NCBI GenBank assembly: GCA_037444685.1
Contig: JBBILX010000011.1
Span: 50,459-114,458 of the forward strand
Direction: 5' to 3'
From: Gammaproteobacteria bacterium
GTDB taxonomy: Bacteria; Pseudomonadota; Gammaproteobacteria; Steroidobacterales; Steroidobacteraceae
DNA length: 64,000 nt
Positions 16,847 to 26,575 of the stretch are shown here, piece by piece. Under the pieces are notes generated by a model. It saw only the letters and a program-made list of their open reading frames with translations, did no database searches and was not told the DNA's origin. A program made the position numbers and the translations under genes. The stretch's first letter is position 1, and each line of letters opens with the position of its first letter.

Positions 16847-19105
16847 TCAATAATTTAGTGTCGAAGTCGCGTAGCCGCGTATGGCCCGCTCGAGGAAGGC
16901 ATCCGCCGGTGTTCCGACACTGGCGAGACCATTGAGTTCCAGTTGCAGGTAGATGCCGGTGTCGCGCTCACCGGTGCGACTCGACACGAAGCGGCGCGCC
17001 ACCGCACGCAGTCGCCAGCAGCAGGCCCGATATTCGAGGCCGGCGAAGCGCTCGAGCGACTGGTCGGCCTCGAGGTCGTAGACCAGGCGTGCGAACAGGT
17101 TCCATCGCTTGCCGATGGGCCAGGCGCCGGAGACCTCGCCCTGCTCGAGCCGCTCGCGCTGAAAGCGATAGGCGAAGTTCATCACTCGCTCCGCGTCCGG
17201 CCGGTATTGCAGTCGAACCTGACTGCGTTCGTGTCGGCTCTCCTGCGGATTCCACTGAAAACCAAGGTCGACGCTCCAGTCGCGGTAAGGCGCCAGTGCG
17301 AGCTGACCGACGAGGTCCGAGCGCCGGCGCGAGGCAGGTGGCTCACCGGGGAGCACCACGCGCGGTGTCTCGAGATAGAAGGCCTGGCCGAGTGTCGCGG
17401 CCAGGAACTGGCTCTGGGTGCGCGAATCGAACAGCCGGGTCGTCAGGCCGACGCTGACCTGGTTGGCGTCGCCGACCCGATCGGCGCCGACGAAGCGGTT
17501 GGTGCTGAAGAGCTGCACGACATTGAGGTCGGGGCGCGCCGTGTCGAAGATCGGCAGGGCGTCCTGCTCGCGGAACGGCGTGTACAGGTAGAGCAGCCGA
17601 GGCTCGAGCGTCACGCGTCGCTGGCCCCGCATCCCTGCGGCACGCTCGAAGACGAGCCCGGCATCGAGCGCCGCGAACGGCATGGACCTCTCGGGCTCAT
17701 CGTCGGCGCCGGGGGCGACATCGTCGAGCGCATAGCGGGTGTAACGCCAGCCGGCCGACGGCCGCAGGAAGAATCCGGCGCCACGCAGGTCGAACCCGAG
17801 CGTCGGCGCCGCGTCCACGCGCCAGCCGGTGACACCGACCGAGCGGTCGAAGTTGACGAGCTCGGCATCGAGGCTGACTGCCAGCACGCCGTTCGGGCCG
17901 AAATTCCACGCACCCGCGGCGAGCAGGCGCGGCAGCCTCGCATAAGGCCGTTCGTCCAGCGGCAGATCCCGATCGATGGTCTGGAACTGCTGGAACTCGC
18001 CGCGCAGGCGCCAGAACTCGTTGCGGTAGGCGATCTCTGCGACGCGTTCCACGAAGGCGACGCTCGTGCCCTCGGGCCCCTGCGCGAAATCCTCGAACCA
18101 CGCCGTATCGCCGACGTCCTCGGCGGCGATCCGCAGCCGCCAGTTGTCGGCGAAGTCGGCGCGATGATCGAGCCGCAGCCGCGTGCGGTCGCGCCCGGCG
18201 AGATCGTCGCCGGGTAGCAGGTTCGCACGCAGCTGCCCGACCTGCCGCTCGAGCAGCCAGCGCGCCTCGATGCCGAGGTCGAGACCGCGACGCTGGTAGA
18301 ACGTCGGTTCGAGAGTCAGGTCGACGTTCGTCCGCAGGTTCCAATACCACGGCACCGTCAGCTGTGCGCCGCTGCGCGTGCTCTGACCGAGATTCGGGAA
18401 CAGGAAGCCGGTCTTGCGCTCGCTGCCGAGCGGGAAGGAGATGTAGGGCAGGTAGAGGATCGGCACGCCTTTGAACTGAACCTGGGCATGGCGCCCGGTG
18501 CCGGTGCGGCGGCGCGTGTCGAGCCGGATGTCGTGCGCCGCGATGCGCCAGGCGTCGTCACCCGTTGGACACGTCGTAAACGTGACGCCCTCGAGATCGA
18601 TCACGCCATCGACCTCGATGCGCATGCGGCCGGCCGTGCCGCGCGCCGGCCGCTGCGGCAGCTCGAACTCGGCGCGCTCGAACCTGGCGCCGACGGCCTC
18701 GCCATACTCGCCGTCGCGGCCGCGCACACGCACGACCGGATCGCGGTATTCGACCGAGCCGCTCACGCTGAAAGCGTTGCGCCCAGCGTCGTACTCGACG
18801 CGCTCGGCCCGCAGCTCGCGGTCTCCCTGCCGCACGCGGACGTTCCCCGACAGCGCCGCGTCGCCGTCGACGCCGAGTTTCGCCGCGTCGCTCGTGATGT
18901 CGATGTCACTCGGCGCTGGGGCGTCTGGTCGGTCGGGGACGGCACCGGCCAGGCGGGCAGGCCGCTGTACCTCGGCGGCGACCACGCCGGTCGGGGCTGG
19001 GCAGAGTGGCGCGACCTGCGCAGTTTGTGCCTGCTGCGCCTGCGCGAGTGGCGCCCCCGGCAGCGCGGCGCACGCGGTCAACAAAGCGGCCGGGAGAGCT
19101 CTCAT
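16847..19105 (-). CDS. lptD: LPS-assembly outer-membrane protein LptD
   Basis: It has the signal peptide MRALPAALLTACAALPGAPLAQA, the size and beta-barrel-like composition of LptD, and the conserved position upstream of surA. The start could also be 19153. Confidence 0.9.
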   Translation of the reverse strand: MRALPAALLTACAALPGAPLAQAQQAQTAQVAPLCPAPTGVVAAEVQRPARLAGAVPDRPDAPAPSDIDITSDAAKLGVDGDAALSGNVRVRQGDRELRAERVEYDAGRNAFSVSGSVEYRDPVVRVRGRDGEYGEAVGARFERAEFELPQRPARGTAGRMRIEVDGVIDLEGVTFTTCPTGDDAWRIAAHDIRLDTRRRTGTGRHAQVQFKGVPILYLPYISFPLGSERKTGFLFPNLGQSTRSGAQLTVPWYWNLRTNVDLTLEPTFYQRRGLDLGIEARWLLERQVGQLRANLLPGDDLAGRDRTRLRLDHRADFADNWRLRIAAEDVGDTAWFEDFAQGPEGTSVAFVERVAEIAYRNEFWRLRGEFQQFQTIDRDLPLDERPYARLPRLLAAGAWNFGPNGVLAVSLDAELVNFDRSVGVTGWRVDAAPTLGFDLRGAGFFLRPSAGWRYTRYALDDVAPGADDEPERSMPFAALDAGLVFERAAGMRGQRRVTLEPRLLYLYTPFREQDALPIFDTARPDLNVVQLFSTNRFVGADRVGDANQVSVGLTTRLFDSRTQSQFLAATLGQAFYLETPRVVLPGEPPASRRRSDLVGQLALAPYRDWSVDLGFQWNPQESRHERSQVRLQYRPDAERVMNFAYRFQRERLEQGEVSGAWPIGKRWNLFARLVYDLEADQSLERFAGLEYRACCWRLRAVARRFVSSRTGERDTGIYLQLELNGLASVGTPADAFLERAIRGYATSTLNY

Positions 19106-19151
19106 GGACCGGAGCATTATAATGAGCCATGGCCTTGCGCCGTTGGAAATC

Positions 19152-20222
19152 ATGAGCCAGTCCGACCCGCGCCGCGCGGCCCTCGAACGCTGGCTCGCGG
19201 CGCTGCTGCCCGGCAGGGTGCGGGCCTTAGAGATCGCGTCGGCCGATGCGAGCTTCCGGCGCTACTTCCGCGCGCGACTCGTCGAGCGCGATCCGCTTGG
19301 CGACTCGCTGATCGTGATGGACGCGCCGCCCGAGCGCGAGGATGTCCGACCCTATCTGCACGTGGCGAGACTGCTCGAGCGCGCCGGTGTGCACGTGCCT
19401 CACGTGCATGAGGTCGACCTCGAGCAGGGACTGGTGCTGCTCGAGGATCTCGGCACGCGCCCGTTCCTCGGCGAGCTGCGCGCGCCGGGCGCTGCCGATC
19501 GGCTGTATGGCGATGCGCTCGCGGCGCTGGTCCGGATCGCCGTCGTGGGTCGCGAGCTCGCCACGGAGCTGCCTCCCTACGACGCGCCCGTGCTGGCGCG
19601 AGAGATGCGCCTGCTGACCGAGTGGTTCACCTCGCGCCATCTCGGTCTCGAGCTCGATGCCGAGGACGAGGCCATCCTGCGCTCCACCTTCGACTTCCTG
19701 ATCGCCGAGTGCGAGATGCAGCCGGCCACGTTCGTCCATCGCGACTTCCACTCACGCAATCTCATGGTCGTGGCGGACCGCAACCCCGGCATCATCGATT
19801 TCCAGGACGCGCTGCGCGGACCGCTGGCCTACGATCTCGTCTCGCTGCTCAAGGACTGCTACATCGAGTGGCCACGCGAACGCGTCGAAGGCTGGCTGCG
19901 CTCGCAACACGATGCGCTGCGGCGGACGGGTTTCGCGGGCCTGCCCTCGCCGACCGAACTGCTGCGCCAGTTCGACCTGGTCGGCCTGCAACGGCACGTC
20001 AAGGTGCTCGGCATCTTTGCGCGGCTGTGGTACCGCGATGGCAAGCCGGGCTATCTCGCCGACCTGCCGCTGACGCTGCGCTACGCGCAGGACGCCGCCG
20101 CGCGGATCGGCGAGCTGCAGTCTTTCGCGCGCTGGCTGGAGCGGCGCATCGCCCCGCGTCTGGCGGCCGCGCAGGCGCGCGCGCTGGCGCCGCCGGTCGT
20201 CGCGATGAGCTGTCCGGCGTGA
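19152..20222 (+). CDS. amgK: N-acetylmuramate/N-acetylglucosamine kinase (aminoglycoside phosphotransferase fold), AmgK-like
   Basis: ASFRRYFR and HRDFHSRNLMV kinase motifs are present. It has the conserved position divergent from lptD and upstream of murU. An alternative ATG is at 19122. Confidence 0.75.
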   Translation: MSQSDPRRAALERWLAALLPGRVRALEIASADASFRRYFRARLVERDPLGDSLIVMDAPPEREDVRPYLHVARLLERAGVHVPHVHEVDLEQGLVLLEDLGTRPFLGELRAPGAADRLYGDALAALVRIAVVGRELATELPPYDAPVLAREMRLLTEWFTSRHLGLELDAEDEAILRSTFDFLIAECEMQPATFVHRDFHSRNLMVVADRNPGIIDFQDALRGPLAYDLVSLLKDCYIEWPRERVEGWLRSQHDALRRTGFAGLPSPTELLRQFDLVGLQRHVKVLGIFARLWYRDGKPGYLADLPLTLRYAQDAAARIGELQSFARWLERRIAPRLAAAQARALAPPVVAMSCPA

Positions 20223-20240
20223 GCCGGACCTGAGGCAGCG

Positions 20241-20945
20241 ATGCGCGCCATGATCCTCGCGGCTGGCCGGGGCGAGCGCATGCGCCCGCTGACCGACCTG
20301 CGCCCGAAACCGCTGCTCGAGGTTGGGGGACGTGCGCTGATCGAATGGCACCTGCTCGCGCTGGCGCGGGCCGGCCTGCGCGAGGTCTGCATCAACCTCA
20401 GCTGGCTCGGTGCGCAGATTCGCGCCCACCTCGGCGACGGGGCACGCTACGGTGTCGCGATCCGCTACAGCGACGAGGGCGAGCGTGCGCTCGAGACCGG
20501 CGGCGGCATCTTCCGCGCGCTCCACTGGCTCGGCCCCGCGCCGTTCGTCGTCGTCAATGGCGACGTCTGGACCGACTACCGTTTCGACCGACTGCCGCGG
20601 CTCGACGCGGACGCGCTCGCCGCGCTTGTGCTGGTGCCGAACCCGTCACAGCACCCCGCCGGGGACTTCGCCTACTTGCCGCGTGAAGATGGCGGCCTCG
20701 ACGTGCTCGCCGAGCCTGCCGGGGCCGCGGCGCCGCGCCGCACGTTCGCCGGGATCGGTGTCTACCGGCCCGAGTTCTTCGCAGGCTGCGTTGACGGCCG
20801 CTTTCCGTTGTTGCCGCTGCTGCGGCGCGCCGCGGCCGAGGGCCGGCTGCGGGCGCAGTGTTACGATGGCCAGTGGCACGACGTCGGCACGCCGGAGCGT
20901 CTCCGTGCGCTCGACGAGCGGCTTGCCGGGGGTGCGATCGGCTAG
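20241..20945 (+). CDS. murU: N-acetylmuramate alpha-1-phosphate uridylyltransferase, MurU-like nucleotidyltransferase
   Basis: [30 protein letters not shown] is a sugar-nucleotidyltransferase N-terminus. It is paired with amgK. Confidence 0.75.
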   Translation: MRAMILAAGRGERMRPLTDLRPKPLLEVGGRALIEWHLLALARAGLREVCINLSWLGAQIRAHLGDGARYGVAIRYSDEGERALETGGGIFRALHWLGPAPFVVVNGDVWTDYRFDRLPRLDADALAALVLVPNPSQHPAGDFAYLPREDGGLDVLAEPAGAAAPRRTFAGIGVYRPEFFAGCVDGRFPLLPLLRRAAAEGRLRAQCYDGQWHDVGTPERLRALDERLAGGAIG

Positions 20946-21001
20946 CGTATTCCACGCTGGCACCCGCCGTCCGGCGGGCGAGAGCGTACAATGCGGACAC
21001 C

Positions 21002-22087
21002 GTGACCGATCTGACCCGCATCCCCGTCGTCGTCGAAGCGACGGCCGGAACCGCGCCGCGCAGCGGCGAGAAATACACCACTGCCCAGGGCTTCAAGGCG
21101 ATACGTGACGGCCAGAAGTCGCGGCTTGCCGACTCCGTGGCGGCCGCCGAGCGCCGCGCAATCGCCGGCAAGCCGCGCTGGCTGCGCGCGCCGATGCCGG
21201 GCGGCGCGGGCTTCGAGCAGGTCCGACGGATCGTCCGCGAACACCGCCTTGCGACGGTCTGCGAAGAGGCGAAATGCCCGAACATCGGCGAGTGCTGGAA
21301 CGCCGGCACGGCGACCCTGATGCTGATGGGCGAAGTCTGCACGCGCGCCTGCCGTTTCTGTGCGGTCGACACCGGCAATCCGCGCCGCTGGCTCGATCCC
21401 GAGGAGCCGGCCAATGCGGCGCGCACGGTCGAGCTCATGAGGCTCCGTTACGTGGTGCTGACCTCGGTGAACCGCGACGACCTGCCCGACGGCGGCGCGG
21501 CGCATTTCGCGGCCTGCGTGCGCGCGATCAAGGCGCGCTCCCCGGGCACGGTCGTCGAGGCGCTGACGCCGGACTTCCAGGGCGTGACCGCGGCCGTCGA
21601 GACCGTCGTCGATTCGGGCCTCGAGGTCTTCGCGCAGAACCTCGAGACAGTGCGCCGCCTCACGCACCCGGTGCGCGACCCGCGCGCCGGCTATGAGCAG
21701 ACCCTTGCCGTGCTCGCGCATGCGAAGCGTCATCGGCCAGAGATCCTGACCAAGACCGGCCTGATGCTCGGCCTCGGCGAGAGCGACGCCGAGATCCTCG
21801 AGGCAATGGACGATCTGCGCGCCGCTGGCGTCGATCTGCTGACCCTCGGCCAGTACTTGCGCCCAACGGTGCATCATCTGCCGGTGGCGCGGTACGTGAC
21901 GCCCGAGCAGTTCGACCGCTACCGCGAGCAGGCGCTGCGGCGCGGTTTCCACGAGTGCGTTGCCGGTCCGCTCGTGCGCTCGAGCTATCGCGCCGAACAG
22001 GCGCTGGCCGGCAACAATGCGGGACTCGACAATACGCGACTCGCGGCGCTCGCCGCTCTCGCGACGGCGGCTTCTTCTCCGGCCTGA
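21002..22087 (+). CDS. lipA: lipoyl synthase
   Basis: [15 protein letters not shown] and the radical-SAM [10 protein letters not shown] are present. The start is uncertain; GTG 21002 avoids overlap with murU. Confidence 0.92.
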   Translation: MTDLTRIPVVVEATAGTAPRSGEKYTTAQGFKAIRDGQKSRLADSVAAAERRAIAGKPRWLRAPMPGGAGFEQVRRIVREHRLATVCEEAKCPNIGECWNAGTATLMLMGEVCTRACRFCAVDTGNPRRWLDPEEPANAARTVELMRLRYVVLTSVNRDDLPDGGAAHFAACVRAIKARSPGTVVEALTPDFQGVTAAVETVVDSGLEVFAQNLETVRRLTHPVRDPRAGYEQTLAVLAHAKRHRPEILTKTGLMLGLGESDAEILEAMDDLRAAGVDLLTLGQYLRPTVHHLPVARYVTPEQFDRYREQALRRGFHECVAGPLVRSSYRAEQALAGNNAGLDNTRLAALAALATAASSPA

Positions 22088-22088
22088 C

Positions 22089-22775
22089 ATGACGGTCGTT
22101 GCCGCGCCGATCCCGCGGCCCGTGCTGCGCTGGCTCGATCGGGCCGAGTACGAGCCGACCTGGCGTGCGATGCAGCGTTTCACCGATCTGCGCGACGCCA
22201 CCACGGCCGACGAGCTCTGGCTGCTCGAGCACCCGCCGGTCTTCACGCTTGGCATGAACGCTGATCCTGCGCACCTGCTCGACGCCGGCGACATTCCGTT
22301 CGTGCGCATCGATCGCGGCGGGCAGGTGACCTATCACGGACCCGGCCAGCTCCTTGCCTACGTGCTGTGGGATCTGCGCCGCGCGAACATCGGCGTGCGC
22401 GAGCTCGTGACCACCCTCGAACAGTCGGTCATCCGCTACGCGGCCCGTTTCGGCATCGAGGCGGTCGCGCGCCGCGATGCGCCGGGTGTCTACGTGGGCG
22501 GCGCGAAACTCGCCAGCGTGGGGATTCGTGTGCGAAGGGGAGCGAGTTATCATGGCCTCGCGCTGAATGTCTCGATGGGGCTCGAGCCTTTCGGTCGCAT
22601 CAATCCCTGCGGCTATCCAGGGTTGCCCGTCACGCAGCTCTCTGCGCTCGGCGGGCCCCGCGATGTACGGGTAGTCGCCCGGGAACTCGGTCCGGATCTG
22701 CTCGCCGGCCTGCAGGCGGCGGGTCAGCCGGGGTCTCGCTCCACTCAAGGGAATGAACATGTACAAGCAGGATGA
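22089..22775 (+). CDS. lipB: lipoyl(octanoyl) transferase
   Basis: [25 protein letters not shown] and [12 protein letters not shown] are present. The ATG is 1 nt after the lipA stop. The 3' end overlaps folE by 23 nt. Confidence 0.88.
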   Translation: MTVVAAPIPRPVLRWLDRAEYEPTWRAMQRFTDLRDATTADELWLLEHPPVFTLGMNADPAHLLDAGDIPFVRIDRGGQVTYHGPGQLLAYVLWDLRRANIGVRELVTTLEQSVIRYAARFGIEAVARRDAPGVYVGGAKLASVGIRVRRGASYHGLALNVSMGLEPFGRINPCGYPGLPVTQLSALGGPRDVRVVARELGPDLLAGLQAAGQPGSRSTQGNEHVQAG

Positions 22776-23319
22776 TCTGGAAATGGTCCGCAAGCTCCTC
22801 CGCTACATCGGCGAGGATCCGGACCGCGAAGGGCTGCAGGAGACGCCCATGCGCTTCCTCAAGGCCTGGCATGAGTACACGCGCGGCTATCGCGAGAAGC
22901 CGGAGGAGATCCTGAAGTCCTTCGAGGACGGCGCGCAGAGCGCCGACGAGCTCGTCATCGTGCGTGACATTCCCGTCTACTCGCTCTGCGAGCACCACCT
23001 CGCGCCGTTCTTCGGCAGGGCCCATGTCGGTTACCTGCCCGACAAGCGCATCCTCGGCCTGTCGAAGATCTCACGCCTCGTCGAGATCTATGCGCGCCGC
23101 CTGCAGGTGCAGGAGAGACTGACCAACCAGATCGCCGATGCGCTCGACGTCCACCTGCAGCCGCTCGGGGTGGCCGTCGTGATCGAGTGCCGGCACATGT
23201 GCATGGAGTCGCGCGGTATCAAGCACTCCGGCACGGCCACGGTCACCTCGGCGCTGCGCGGGTCGGTCAAGAACAATGCCGACACCCGCCGCGAGTTCCT
23301 CGCGCTGATCGGCAAGTAG
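22753..23319 (+). CDS. folE: GTP cyclohydrolase I (FolE type)
   Basis: [27 protein letters not shown] and ECRHMCM are present. Confidence 0.92.
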   Translation: MNMYKQDDLEMVRKLLRYIGEDPDREGLQETPMRFLKAWHEYTRGYREKPEEILKSFEDGAQSADELVIVRDIPVYSLCEHHLAPFFGRAHVGYLPDKRILGLSKISRLVEIYARRLQVQERLTNQIADALDVHLQPLGVAVVIECRHMCMESRGIKHSGTATVTSALRGSVKNNADTRREFLALIGK

Positions 23320-23347
23320 GCGGACGGGCCGCCGGGCCGGCGCGGTC

Positions 23348-23620
23348 TCAGATCACCATCACGACGCCGTCGGTCGCGGCGAGCTCCTCGACGAGCGCGA
23401 CGATCTGGCCTCGGCTGCGGGCGACGATGACGTAGGTGATCGAGACGAATTTGCCGGCCCCGCTCGCCCGCTCGCTGACGCGCTCGAGAGCGAGGTCGGC
23501 GGCGTGCCGCAGCACGACGGCGTCGACGCGGGCGCGAAGCGAGGCGTCGACACGGCCGACCACCTTGATCGGGTAGTCGGTCGGGAAGCGCAGCAGCTCG
23601 CGGACGTCGCCGCTCACCAC
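23348..23620 (-). CDS. ybeD: YbeD-family (DUF493) protein
   Basis: FPTDYPIKVVG is present, the size is ~90 aa, and the position next to the dac/lip genes is conserved. It has a GTG start. Confidence 0.8.
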   Translation of the reverse strand: MVSGDVRELLRFPTDYPIKVVGRVDASLRARVDAVVLRHAADLALERVSERASGAGKFVSITYVIVARSRGQIVALVEELAATDGVVMVI

Positions 23621-24486
23621 GGCGTTGCGGCCAGCCGCTCGATGAGCGCGGCGAAGTCGGCGTGCAAGCGCTGCCAGAGCGGACCGGGCCGGCCGCTGCC
23701 CACCGGGCGGCCGTCTAGTTCGGTCACGGCGGCGAGACCGCGGACCGCGGCCGAGAGCCAGATCTCCTCGGCGCCGCGCAGTTCGCGCTCGCTGATGGGG
23801 CGAGTCGCGCGCGTGATCCCGGCCGCGTCGGCCAGCTCCTCGACGACGGCCCGGGTCGTCCCTGGCAGGATCGCCGGGGTTTCCGGCGGGGCGACGAGCA
23901 CGCCGTCGATCACGACGTGCACGGCCGAACTGCTGCTTTCGGTCAGCATGCCATCGCGCAGCAGTATCGTCTCGTGAGCGCCGGCGCGCTCCGCCATCCC
24001 TCGCAGCATGACGTTGGCGAGCAGCGCGACGGTCTTGATGTCACAGCGCGCCCAGCGGATGTCGGGCGCCGTCACACAACGCAGGCCGCGCGCGAGCGAA
24101 TCGGGGTCGCGTGCCGGCAGCGTCGCGCAGAACGCGAAGACCGTCGGACGCAGACCGGCCGGCGGTGCGTGATTGCGGCCATACTCGGCACCGCGCGACA
24201 CCTGCAGGTACAGGTACTGATCACCGCCACCATTGCGTCCGATCAGCGTGCCGGCCATGCCGCGCCATCCCTCCGCATCGAGCGGGTTGACGATGCCGAT
24301 CTCGCCGAGGCTGCGCTCGAGACGAGCGAGGTGCTCGGCGAAGCGGAACGGTCTGCCGCCGTACACCGGCACGACCTCATAGACCGCGTCGGCGAACAGG
24401 AATCCGCGGTCGAGCGGCGAGATGCGAGCGTCGCGCAACGGCAGGATCGCGCCGTCGAGATGGCACCAGGGCAGCGGCTCGGCCAC
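23614..24486 (-). CDS. dat: D-amino-acid (D-alanine) aminotransferase, class IV
   Basis: DRGFLFADAVYEVV is present, with the catalytic Lys context RCDIKTVALLANVM and ILPGTTR. Confidence 0.8.
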   Translation of the reverse strand: MAEPLPWCHLDGAILPLRDARISPLDRGFLFADAVYEVVPVYGGRPFRFAEHLARLERSLGEIGIVNPLDAEGWRGMAGTLIGRNGGGDQYLYLQVSRGAEYGRNHAPPAGLRPTVFAFCATLPARDPDSLARGLRCVTAPDIRWARCDIKTVALLANVMLRGMAERAGAHETILLRDGMLTESSSSAVHVVIDGVLVAPPETPAILPGTTRAVVEELADAAGITRATRPISERELRGAEEIWLSAAVRGLAAVTELDGRPVGSGRPGPLWQRLHADFAALIERLAATPW

Positions 24487-24509
24487 GGCTCAGCTCGGTG
24501 CGCCAGGGC

Positions 24510-25679
24510 TCAGCGGAACCAAAGCGCGACGCCGTCCGTGAGCCGCGACCAAAGGCCGCCCTCGGGCACGGCTTCGCGCGGGAACAGCGGCACCCTCGCG
24601 ACGATTTCGCTGCCGTCCCGGACGATCAGTTCGCCGACCGGCGCATTGGCCGCGATGGGCGCGATCAACGGTTCGCGCGCGATCGCCTCTGTCCGCAGGT
24701 TGCCTGCGCTGCCGCGTCCCAGTGTCACGAGCACGTCGCGCGCCGGCGCCAGCGCGACCTTGTCCGTTGCGCCCTTGTAGACGCGCGACTGCAGGACCGT
24801 CTCGCCGGCGCTGCGCACGCGCACCGTCTCGAAGAACGTGAACCCGTAGTTGAGCAGTGCGGCGCTCGCGTCCTCGCGGGATTTCATCGATTTCGCACCG
24901 AGCACGACGCTGAGAAGGCGCATCTCGCGGCGCTTCGCCGAGGTGACGAGGCAGTAGCCTGCACTCTCGGTGTGTCCGGTCTTGATGCCGTCGACGCTCG
25001 GGTCGCGACCAAGGAGGCCGTTGCGATTGGGCTGGGTGATGCCGTTCCAGGTGAACTCGCGCAGCGAGTACCAGCGATAGTACTGCGGGAACTCGCGGAT
25101 CATCGCGCGCGCGAGCGTCGCGATGTCACGCGCGGTCGTGTAGAGGTTGGGGTGCGGCAACCCGGTGCTGTTAATGAATCGGGTGTCCTTCATGCCGAGG
25201 CGCCGCGCGTATTCGTTCATGAGCTCTGCGAAGGCCTCTTCGGTGCCACCCACGCGTTCGGCCAGCGCAATCGTCGCGTCGTTGCCCGATTGCACGATCA
25301 TGCCCTTAATGAGCACTTCCACCGGTACGCGCGTGCCGACCTGGACGAAGGTGCGCGAGCCCTCGGCCCGCCAGGCGCGCTCGCTGATCGTGACCGGTTC
25401 GTCGAGGGCGAGGCGCCTCTCGGCGAGCGCCTTGAAGACGGCATAGGCCGTCATGAGCTTCGTGAGGCTGGCCGGTTCCATGCGCTCGTCGGCGCCTTGT
25501 TCGGCCAGTACCCTGCCGCTCTCATGGTCGATCAGGACGTAGCCACGGGCGTCGATGCCGGGCGGCTTCGGGATCGGCACGACGCCCTGCACCGCAGGCG
25601 GGAGGGCGCACAGCAGCGCGAGGATGACGACGGCACGGCATGGAACCGCGCGGGACGGCAGGGTCATCCGGCACTCCAT
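24510..25679 (-). CDS. dacC: D-alanyl-D-alanine carboxypeptidase (PBP5/6 class)
   Basis: It has a signal peptide, the SLTKLMT (SxxK) motif, SGNDA (SxN) and KTGHT (KTG). An alternative ATG is at 25667. Confidence 0.88.
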   Translation of the reverse strand: MECRMTLPSRAVPCRAVVILALLCALPPAVQGVVPIPKPPGIDARGYVLIDHESGRVLAEQGADERMEPASLTKLMTAYAVFKALAERRLALDEPVTISERAWRAEGSRTFVQVGTRVPVEVLIKGMIVQSGNDATIALAERVGGTEEAFAELMNEYARRLGMKDTRFINSTGLPHPNLYTTARDIATLARAMIREFPQYYRWYSLREFTWNGITQPNRNGLLGRDPSVDGIKTGHTESAGYCLVTSAKRREMRLLSVVLGAKSMKSREDASAALLNYGFTFFETVRVRSAGETVLQSRVYKGATDKVALAPARDVLVTLGRGSAGNLRTEAIAREPLIAPIAANAPVGELIVRDGSEIVARVPLFPREAVPEGGLWSRLTDGVALWFR

Positions 25680-26575
25680 CAGGGGACGAGCGAGCGCGGC
25701 ATTGTAGCCCAGTCGTGCGCGAGCCGGGCGTCCGGGATGCCGATCAGGCGCAGCCGTTCCACATAGTCATCGAGTTCCGCGGCTCCACTGAGCGGACCGA
25801 TGCGCACGCGATGCAGGACGCGTGGACCGTCCTCCCGGCTGTCAATGCGAGCCGCGGAGATGCCGGCGGCCGCGAGGCGCGCCAGCATGCGTTCGGCATT
25901 GTCGCGCTGCACGAACGACCCGACCTGCAGCCACTGGCTCGCCATCGGACCCGCCTGGGCCGGTGCGGGCGCGCTGGATGGCGCAGTCTGCGCGGTCATC
26001 GTGGTGCCGGGGGATGGGCCCGGTGTGACGACACGGACTTCGACGGGCGCTGTGCCCTCGCGCAGCATGTCGAGCTTCCACGCTGCCGTGTACGAGAGGT
26101 CGATGAGCCGGTCGCCGACGAACGGACCGCGGTCATTGATGCGGACGACGACGCGTCGCCCGTTGCGCAGGTTGGTGACTTCGGCATAGGCCGGGATCGG
26201 CAGCGTCTTGTGCGCCGCGGTCATCGCGTACATGTCGTAGGGCTCGCCGCTCGAAGTGCGCTCGCCGTGAAAGCCCGGGCCGTACCAGGAGGCCACCCCG
26301 CGTTCGACGTAGTCGTCCGCGGTCGGCAGCAGGAAGTAGCGACGGCCGAACACCTCGTAGGACGATGGATTGCCATAACGGCTGCGCGGCTCCGCGCGCG
26401 GCACCGCGTCGGGTATCGCGGCGAGGTCGGCTGGCGGTGGCGGCACGGCGGCGTCGGGCGCCGTGGTGGTCAGCACGGGCGCCGCGGGCGCGGTGGGCGA
26501 GGGCGGCCGCATGCTGCATGCGGACAGCAGGGCCGCGACGATGATCGCGGCGAGGCTCGCAATCCGGCCGGTCAC
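25679..26575 (-). CDS. rlpA: septal ring lytic transglycosylase RlpA (DPBB + SPOR domains), lipoprotein
   Basis: It has a lipobox (AALLSACS), GVASWYGPGFHGERTSSGEPYDMYAMTAAHKTLP, RINDRGPF, and the C-terminal SPOR-like WLQVGSF. Confidence 0.85.
   Translation of the reverse strand: MTGRIASLAAIIVAALLSACSMRPPSPTAPAAPVLTTTAPDAAVPPPPADLAAIPDAVPRAEPRSRYGNPSSYEVFGRRYFLLPTADDYVERGVASWYGPGFHGERTSSGEPYDMYAMTAAHKTLPIPAYAEVTNLRNGRRVVVRINDRGPFVGDRLIDLSYTAAWKLDMLREGTAPVEVRVVTPGPSPGTTMTAQTAPSSAPAPAQAGPMASQWLQVGSFVQRDNAERMLARLAAAGISAARIDSREDGPRVLHRVRIGPLSGAAELDDYVERLRLIGIPDARLAHDWATMPRSLVP

Noticed and set aside
15137-18217. + strand ORFs of 547 aa and 424 aa overlapping surA and lptD
   Set aside because: They are antisense to clearly recognisable SurA and LptD, with low-complexity translations.
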